NCBI RefSeq assembly: GCF_000195975.1
Contig: NC_005070.1
Span: 570,001 to 602,000 of the forward strand
Reading direction: 5' to 3'
Origin: Parasynechococcus marenigrum WH 8102
GTDB taxonomy: Bacteria; Cyanobacteriota; Cyanobacteriia; PCC-6307; Cyanobiaceae
DNA length: 32,000 nucleotides
Shown: in pieces, positions 18,890-32,000 of the stretch
Position numbering within the stretch: the stretch's first letter is position 1
Layout of the letters: each line of letters opens with the position of its first letter
Program-made: the position numbers and the translations under genes
The notes under the pieces: model-generated
Seen by the model: only the letters and a program-made list of their open reading frames with translations
Database searches by the model: none
Told to the model about the DNA's origin: nothing

Positions 18890-19609
18890 ATGGCCGATCT
18901 CCAGACCCAGATGAAGCAAGCGGTGGCCGATGCCGCCGTCGAGCAGATCAAGGACGGCATGGTTCTGGGTCTCGGGTCCGGTTCCACGGCTGCCCTAATG
19001 ATCAAAGCCCTCGGGGCAAAGCTGGCCAGTGGTGAGCTGAAGGACATCGTTGGTGTCACCACCTCCTTCCAAGGTGAGGTTCTTGCCGCTGAGCTCAACA
19101 TTCCTCTGCTCAGCCTCAATGCGGTGGATCGCATCGATTTGGCCATTGATGGCGCCGATGAAGTGGATCCAGGCTTTCAACTGATCAAAGGCGGCGGTGC
19201 CTGTCACGTTCAGGAGAAGCTGGTGGCGGCTCGCGCCGATCGGTTCGTTGTGGTGGTGGATTCCACCAAGCTCGTGGAGCGGTTGAACCTGGGATTTCTG
19301 TTGCCGGTGGAAGTATTACCCGGTGCCTGGCGTCAGGTTCAGCAGCAGCTGGCAGCTCTCGGCGGCAAAGCCGAACTGCGCATGGCCCAGCGCAAAGCTG
19401 GTCCGGTGGTGACCGATCAGGGCAATCTCGTTCTCGATGTGACGATGAACGGAGGGATTTCCGATCCGGCGGCACTGGAATCAACGGTGAACAACATTCC
19501 CGGTGTTCTGGAGAACGGCCTGTTCGTTGATCTCGTTGATGAGGTGCTGGTTGGTGAGATCACCGATGGGTCTGCGGGGGTTCGCAGCCTGGAGAAGCGG
19601 CTCAGCTGA
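18890..19609 (+). CDS. rpiA: ribose-5-phosphate isomerase A
   Basis: 239 aa with GLGSGST, DGADEVD and KGGGACH(V)QEK motifs. It shows full-length RpiA similarity. Confidence 0.93.
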
Positions 19610-20915
19610 GCCGCTTGCGGACGGACTCCGCATGGCTGTGCAGTCCTTCGCTTTCCGCCAGTTCACACACCGCTGAGGCGGTGGCATCCAGAGCTGCACG
19701 GTTGAACTGGATCATCGAGGTGTGGCGCATGAACGTCTCCACGCTGAGGGCACCGCTGAACCGGGCCGCGGCGCATGTGGGCAACGTGTGGTTTGGCCCA
19801 GCCAGGTAATCGCCAACGGCCTCCGGTGACCAGGGGCCCAGAAAGATGGCTCCGGCATGTTGGATCCGATCGGCCAGGGCCTCCGGACGCTCAACCAGCA
19901 GCTCCAGGTGCTCGGGAGCAAAGCTGTCACTGAGCTGGGCGCAGGTCTCGAGGTCGTCACAGACCACCACCAACCCCCAATCTCGAAGCGAGGCTTCGCA
20001 GATCTCGCGGCGGGGATGATCCTCCAGCTGTTGTGCGATAGCGCTGCTGATCCCATCAGCGAGCTGGTGTGAGGTGGTGATCAGCACGGAGGAGGCAAGG
20101 GGATCATGCTCCGCCTGAGCTAGCAGATCGGCCGCCACCTGCTCCGGTTGGGCGCTCTGGTCAGCGATTACGAGAACTTCGCTGGGACCAGCCAGCGAAT
20201 CGATGCCCACCTGGCCGTAGACCGCCTGCTTGGCCAGGGTGACGTAGATGTTGCCCGGGCCGCTGATCACGTCCACCTTGGGAACGCTTTCAGTGCCGAA
20301 AGCCATCGCAGCAATGGCCTGAGCGCCACCGATGCGCATCACCGTGTGAACGCCGGCCAGATGCGCGGCTGCGAGCACGACGGGATTCACTTGACCATTG
20401 GACCCGGCGGGGGAGCAGATCACAACCTGTTCAACGCCCGCCACACGGGCCGGGACAGCATTCATCAGAACGGTGCTGGGGTAAGCAGCCCGTCCACCGG
20501 GCACGTAGAGACCTGCCCGCTGCACCGGTCGCCAGCGCCGTCCCAACTGCTCGCCGTGAGCCCCTTCCATCCGGATGTCCTCCGGACGCTGCCGCTGGTG
20601 AAACTCGCTGATGCGGCGATGGGCCAGTTCCAGCGCATCGCGCAGGTTCTCCGGCAGGGCCTTCCAGGCTTGTTCGAGCTGGTGTTTGGGGACCGCGACT
20701 GGATCGGGCCGGAATCCGTCGAAGCGTTCCGTGAAGTCGCACACGGCAGCATCGCCCCGTTCACGAACCGCCTTGAGAATGACGTCGACCCGGCCCTGAA
20801 CATCCTTTTGTTGGCTGGTCTGGGTCCGGCGCGTTAACCGTTGCAACTCAGCCTCAGCCTGCTGTCGATCCCGGACGCAGCGCAGAGGGAAGGCCAGAGA
20901 TCGGCTCTCGGACAA
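19602..20915 (-). CDS. hisD: histidinol dehydrogenase
   Basis: 437 aa with full-length HisD similarity ([34 protein letters not shown]). Its 3' end overlaps rpiA convergently by 8 nt. Confidence 0.95.
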
Positions 20916-20971
20916 GACGTGTATTAATAGTCGATTCGCACAAGCTATAGCCCGGACTGATCACCAGCTGA

Positions 20972-21307
<336 letters not shown>

Positions 21308-21355
21308 TCGACCAAAGCCGGCAGAATGGGGGCTGAAAGCGCGTTTTAGCCCCCT

Positions 21356-22144
21356 GTGTCGTCCATTCCAACGTTGATTGACAGTCACTGTCACATCGTT
21401 TTTAGAAACTTCGACGACGACCTCGATGAGGTGGCCTCCCGCTGGCGGGAAGCAGGGGTCAAGGCCCTGTTGCATGCCTGCGTGGAGCCGTCCGAAATTC
21501 CTGCGATCCGGGCCCTGGCTGATCGCTTTCCTGAGATGCGCTACTCCGTGGGGGTTCATCCCTTGGATACGGAGCACTGGCGAGACGACACGATTGCGGT
21601 GCTGAGACGGGCGGCGCTGGCAGACAAGCGGGTCGTTGCCATTGGCGAACTGGGGCTCGATCTGTTCCGTGACAAGAACCTCGAGGAACAATTGCAGGTG
21701 CTCCGTCCGCAGCTGGACCTGGCGGTGGAGTTGGATCTGCCGGTGATTATTCATTGCCGTGATGCCGCTGAGCCGATGCTCAACGAGCTGCGTGCCCGCG
21801 TTCCCGAAGGCCTATGCCCACGTGGGGTCATGCACTGCTGGGGCGGGACGCCCGACGAAATGGACGGCTTCCTGGAGCTCGGGTTGTACATCAGCTTCAG
21901 TGGCACAGTCACTTTCCCGAAGGCAGTCCCCACCCATGACTGCGCGCGTCAGGTGCCTGAGGATCGCTTTCTGGTGGAAACGGATTGCCCATTCCTGGCG
22001 CCGGTGCCCCGGCGGGGTAAACGCAACGAACCGGCTTTTGTGGCGTCGGTGGCCAACCGGGTAGCTGAACTCCGCGGCGTCGATCTCGACACGGTTGCGG
22101 CCAGCAGCACCTCCAACGCCCGTCGTTTGTTCGGTCTTCCCTAA
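21356..22144 (+). CDS. tatD: TatD-family metal-dependent hydrolase/DNase
   Basis: 262 aa with the IDSHCH metal-binding N-terminal motif, AIGE(L)GLD, HCR and ETDCPFL motifs. Confidence 0.9.
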   Translation: MSSIPTLIDSHCHIVFRNFDDDLDEVASRWREAGVKALLHACVEPSEIPAIRALADRFPEMRYSVGVHPLDTEHWRDDTIAVLRRAALADKRVVAIGELGLDLFRDKNLEEQLQVLRPQLDLAVELDLPVIIHCRDAAEPMLNELRARVPEGLCPRGVMHCWGGTPDEMDGFLELGLYISFSGTVTFPKAVPTHDCARQVPEDRFLVETDCPFLAPVPRRGKRNEPAFVASVANRVAELRGVDLDTVAASSTSNARRLFGLP

Positions 22145-22300
22145 CTGGGGTGGAAAGCATGCGAGGGTGATGTGTAAGATGTTGTATTGGCCTGGCCATG
22201 GATCCGGTTCGCCGAATCCGTGGAGCCCGAAGCGTCCATTCCCTTCCGGTGCACTTGTCGTCGTCAGCTGATCTGACCCTCGATCTCTGAGCTCAATTGC

Positions 22301-22345
22301 GGCGCTGCCGGTCCCTTCATCGGGACGGGCAGCCGCCGCTTTTGC
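22301..22345 (+). terminator. terminator/attenuator-like hairpin in the tatD-rpoB spacer
   Basis: GGCGCTGCCGGTCCC-TTCATC-GGGACGGGCAGCCGCC forms about 14 bp with one bulge and one mismatch, followed by GCTTTTGC. It lies about 155 nt after the tatD stop and about 77 nt before the rpoB ATG. Confidence 0.3.
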
Positions 22346-22421
22346 TGTGTCGGAGCGATGTGGTTGCGCTGATGGTGTTCGTCCAGGTCGTGTCCCTTTC
22401 GTCCTCTCTGCCGGTCCCCGC

Positions 22422-25400
22422 ATGAGCAGCAGCGCGATTCAGGTCGCCAAGACCGCCACTTATCTCCCCGATCTGGTGGAGGTGCAGCGGGCCAGCTTCA
22501 AGTGGTTCCTGGATCTGGGCCTGATCGAGGAGCTGGAGAGCTTCTCCCCCATTACCGACTACACCGGCAAGCTGGAGCTGCATTTCATCGGTAGCGAGTA
22601 CCGACTGAAGCGCCCTCGTCACGATGTGGAAGAGGCAAAACGCCGTGATGCAACCTTTGCGTCGCAGATGTATGTGACCTGCCGCCTGGTAAATAAAGAG
22701 ACCGGTGAAATCAAGGAGCAGGAGGTCTTCATCGGTGAACTGCCGCTGATGACCGAGCGGGGCACCTTCATCATTAATGGTGCTGAACGCGTGATCGTGA
22801 ATCAGATCGTGCGCAGCCCCGGTGTCTATTTCAAGGATGAAATGGACAAAAACGGACGACGTACATACAACGCCAGCGTCATCCCCAACCGCGGTGCCTG
22901 GCTGAAGTTCGAAACCGACAAGAACAGCCTTCTCCACGTCCGCGTCGACAAGACCCGCAAGATCAACGCCCACGTGCTGATGCGTGCCATGGGTCTGTCA
23001 GACAACGACGTGCTCGATAAGTTGCGTCACCCGGAGTTCTACAAAAAGTCGATTGATGCCGCGAATGATGAGGGCATCAGCTCGGAAGACCAGGCCCTGC
23101 TGGAGCTTTACAAGAAACTGCGTCCTGGTGAACCACCCTCGGTGAGTGGCGGTCAGCAGCTCTTGCAGACCCGCTTCTTCGACCCCAAGCGCTACGACCT
23201 CGGCCGGGTTGGTCGCTACAAGATCAACAAAAAGCTCCGCCTCACCATCCCCGACACGGTGCGCACCCTCACCCATGAGGACGTGCTCTCCACCCTCGAC
23301 TATCTGATCAACCTCGAACTGGATGTCGGTGGCGCCAGCCTCGACGACATCGATCACCTGGGCAACCGCCGTGTTCGTTCCGTGGGCGAGCTGCTGCAGA
23401 ACCAGGTGCGGGTGGGCCTCAACCGCCTCGAGCGAATCATCAAGGAGCGGATGACGGTCGGCGAGACCGATTCGCTCACCCCGGCGCAGCTGGTGAACCC
23501 CAAGCCACTGGTGGCGGCGATCAAGGAGTTCTTCGGCTCCAGCCAGCTGAGCCAGTTCATGGATCAGACGAACCCTCTGGCAGAGCTGACCCACAAGCGC
23601 CGCATCTCTGCCCTTGGACCGGGCGGTCTCACACGGGAGCGCGCCGGCTTTGCTGTCCGTGATATTCACCCCTCCCACTACGGCCGTCTCTGCCCGATCG
23701 AGACGCCGGAAGGCCCCAACGCCGGTTTGATCAACTCCCTGGCCACCCACGCCCGGGTGAATGAGTACGGCTTCATCGAGACCCCGTTCTGGAAGGTGGA
23801 GAACGGAGTGGTGATCAAAGACGGTGATCCCATCTACCTGTCTGCTGACCGTGAGGACGAAGTGCGGGTGGCCCCTGGTGACGTCGCCACCGAATCCGAT
23901 GGACGCATCAAGGCCGATCTGATTCCTGTTCGCTACCGCCAGGACTTCGAGAAGGTGCCGCCTGAGCAGGTGGATTACGTCGCCTTGTCTCCGGTTCAGG
24001 TGATTTCGGTCGCGGCTTCCCTTATTCCCTTCCTGGAGCACGACGACGCCAACCGCGCCCTGATGGGGTCCAACATGCAGCGCCAGGCTGTGCCCCTGCT
24101 GCGTCCTGAGCGTGCCCTGGTGGGGACCGGTCTCGAGACCCAGGTGGCCCGTGACTCCGGCATGGTGCCGATCTCAAGGGTCAACGGCACCGTGATTTTC
24201 GTGGATGCCACCGCCATCGTCGTTCAAGACGAGGACGGCCAGGAGCACACCCATTACCTGCAGAAATATCAGCGCTCCAACCAGGACACCTGCCTCAACC
24301 ACCGTCCGATCGTTCGTTGCGGCGATCAGGTGATCGTTGGTCAGGTGATGGCGGATGGCTCCGCCTGCGAGGGCGGTGAAATCGCCCTGGGTCAGAACGT
24401 GCTGATCGCTTACATGCCCTGGGAGGGTTACAACTTCGAGGACGCCTTGCTGGTGAGCGAGCGTTTGGTCACGGACGACCTCTACACCTCGGTGCACATC
24501 GAGAAGTACGAGATCGAAGCCCGTCAGACCAAGCTCGGACCGGAGGAGATCACCCGCGAGATCCCCAACGTCGCTGAGGAGAGTCTCGGCAACCTTGACG
24601 AGATGGGCATCATCCGCGTCGGTGCCTTCGTTGAGAGCGGCGACATCCTGGTGGGCAAGGTCACGCCGAAAGGCGAGTCGGACCAGCCGCCGGAAGAGAA
24701 GCTGCTGCGGGCGATCTTCGGTGAGAAGGCCCGCGACGTTCGCGACAACTCCCTGCGGGTGCCCGGTACCGAGCGTGGACGTGTGGTCGACGTACGGATC
24801 TACACCCGTGAGCAGGGGGATGAACTGCCTCCCGGCGCCAACATGGTGGTGCGGGTCTATGTGGCGCAGCGCCGCAAGATCCAGGTGGGCGACAAGATGG
24901 CCGGGCGCCACGGCAACAAGGGCATCATTAGCCGCATCCTTCCCCGGGAGGACATGCCCTACTTGCCGGACGGCACCCCCGTTGACATCTGCCTCAACCC
25001 TCTGGGTGTTCCGAGTCGGATGAATGTCGGTCAGGTGTTCGAGCTGCTGATGGGCTGGGCTGCATCCAACTTGGATTCCCGGGTCCGGATCGTGCCGTTT
25101 GACGAAATGCATGGTGCCGAGATGTCGCAGGAAACCTGCGAAGCCTTTCTCAAAGAAGCGGCCAAGCAACCAGGTAAGGCCTGGGTGTACAACCCCGACG
25201 ACCCCGGCAAGCTGGTGCTGCGTGACGGCCGGACAGGTCAGCCCTTCGACCAGCCTGTGGCCGTGGGCTATTCACACTTCCTCAAGTTGGTGCACCTGGT
25301 GGATGACAAGATCCACGCCCGCTCCACCGGTCCCTACTCCCTGGTCACTCAGCAGCCCCTGGGTGGTAAGGCTCAGCAGGGCGGTCAACGTCTTGGTGAG

Positions 25401-25715
25401 ATGGAAGTGTGGGCTCTCGAGGCCTATGGCGCTGCCTACACCCTTCAGGAACTGCTCACCGTCAAGTCCGACGACATGCAGGGTCGCAACGAGGCGCTCA
25501 ACGCCATCGTCAAGGGCAAGCCGATCCCCCGCCCCGGCACGCCGGAATCCTTCAAGGTGCTGATGCGCGAACTCCAGTCCCTGGGTCTCGACATCGCGGT
25601 GTACACCGATGAAGGCAAGGAGGTGGATCTGATGCAGGACGTGAACCCACGCCGCAGCACTCCAAGCCGTCCCACCTACGAATCCCTCGGCGTCGCGGAT
25701 TACGACGAGGACTGA
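22422..25715 (+). CDS. rpoB: DNA-directed RNA polymerase subunit beta
   Basis: The ATG at 22422 gives [30 protein letters not shown], a conserved cyanobacterial RpoB N-terminus. At 1097 aa it shows full-length similarity. Confidence 0.97.
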   Translation: MSSSAIQVAKTATYLPDLVEVQRASFKWFLDLGLIEELESFSPITDYTGKLELHFIGSEYRLKRPRHDVEEAKRRDATFASQMYVTCRLVNKETGEIKEQEVFIGELPLMTERGTFIINGAERVIVNQIVRSPGVYFKDEMDKNGRRTYNASVIPNRGAWLKFETDKNSLLHVRVDKTRKINAHVLMRAMGLSDNDVLDKLRHPEFYKKSIDAANDEGISSEDQALLELYKKLRPGEPPSVSGGQQLLQTRFFDPKRYDLGRVGRYKINKKLRLTIPDTVRTLTHEDVLSTLDYLINLELDVGGASLDDIDHLGNRRVRSVGELLQNQVRVGLNRLERIIKERMTVGETDSLTPAQLVNPKPLVAAIKEFFGSSQLSQFMDQTNPLAELTHKRRISALGPGGLTRERAGFAVRDIHPSHYGRLCPIETPEGPNAGLINSLATHARVNEYGFIETPFWKVENGVVIKDGDPIYLSADREDEVRVAPGDVATESDGRIKADLIPVRYRQDFEKVPPEQVDYVALSPVQVISVAASLIPFLEHDDANRALMGSNMQRQAVPLLRPERALVGTGLETQVARDSGMVPISRVNGTVIFVDATAIVVQDEDGQEHTHYLQKYQRSNQDTCLNHRPIVRCGDQVIVGQVMADGSACEGGEIALGQNVLIAYMPWEGYNFEDALLVSERLVTDDLYTSVHIEKYEIEARQTKLGPEEITREIPNVAEESLGNLDEMGIIRVGAFVESGDILVGKVTPKGESDQPPEEKLLRAIFGEKARDVRDNSLRVPGTERGRVVDVRIYTREQGDELPPGANMVVRVYVAQRRKIQVGDKMAGRHGNKGIISRILPREDMPYLPDGTPVDICLNPLGVPSRMNVGQVFELLMGWAASNLDSRVRIVPFDEMHGAEMSQETCEAFLKEAAKQPGKAWVYNPDDPGKLVLRDGRTGQPFDQPVAVGYSHFLKLVHLVDDKIHARSTGPYSLVTQQPLGGKAQQGGQRLGEMEVWALEAYGAAYTLQELLTVKSDDMQGRNEALNAIVKGKPIPRPGTPESFKVLMRELQSLGLDIAVYTDEGKEVDLMQDVNPRRSTPSRPTYESLGVADYDED

Positions 25716-25765
25716 CGGACCGAACGGATCAAAACGACTGACACCCCTTCCTCCAACCGCCGTCC

Positions 25766-31812
<6,047 letters not shown>

Positions 31813-31847
31813 TCACCGCCTCCTGTCATTCCATCGCCGAATCACCG

Positions 31848-32000
31848 ATGCTTGAGCCCACTGACATCCCCCAGCGTCGTCTGCCGCGGTTTGGCTTCCA
31901 CGGTCACACCGAGAAGCTCAATGGACGTGCCGCCATGCTTGGTTTCATCGCCCTGCTGGCGGTGGAGATCAAGCTTGGCCATGGTCTGCTGATCTGGTGA
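31848..32000 (+). CDS. hli: high-light-inducible protein (HLIP, CAB/ELIP/HLIP family)
   Basis: 50-aa ORF MLEPTDIPQRRLPRFGFHGHTEKLNGRAAMLGFIALLAVEIKLGHGLLIW. It has the E-x2-NGR-x-AM-x-GF chlorophyll-binding helix motif. The stop is the last codon of the window. Confidence 0.8.
   Translation: MLEPTDIPQRRLPRFGFHGHTEKLNGRAAMLGFIALLAVEIKLGHGLLIW

Noticed and set aside
21328-21354. Hairpin GGGGGCT-13 nt loop-AGCCCCC after rpsT as a terminator
   Set aside because: The loop is large and no U tract follows. It ends 1 nt before the tatD GTG, so evidence for an intrinsic terminator is too weak to call.
22998-25169. 347-aa and 331-aa minus-strand ORFs
   Set aside because: These are antisense shadows of rpoB.

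Overview
GC-rich picocyanobacterial chromosome segment, marine Synechococcus/Cyanobium-like. This is supported by the split rpoC1/rpoC2, an HLIP gene, and a long Pro/Ala-rich IF-2. Most of the window is housekeeping. Plus strand: gluQ (5' partial), htrA-like protease, rpiA, rpsT, tatD, rpoB-rpoC1-rpoC2, hli. Minus strand: translationally coupled sdhC-sdhA-sdhB, tRNA-Thr(CGU), a membrane protein with a low-complexity tail, infB, ylxR, nusA, rimP, hisD. The standout accessory element is a compact minus-strand RiPP cassette at 14646-16710. It encodes a secreted Gly-rich-repeat precursor with nine (W/F)-X-N motifs, a radical SAM/SPASM maturase of GrrM/OscB cyclophane-forming type whose GTG start overlaps the precursor stop, and an uncharacterised secreted protein that starts 8 nt after the maturase stop. 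The second notable pattern is gene decay. Three genes for periplasmic ligand-binding or signalling proteins carry in-frame stop codons: a GLIC-like pentameric ligand-gated channel, its ATGA-coupled membrane-anchored solute-binding-like partner, and a family-3 solute-binding lipoprotein. infB is also split by an apparent 1-nt frameshift. No CRISPR arrays, IS elements or rRNA genes were seen. The many long antisense ORFs are GC-driven shadow ORFs.
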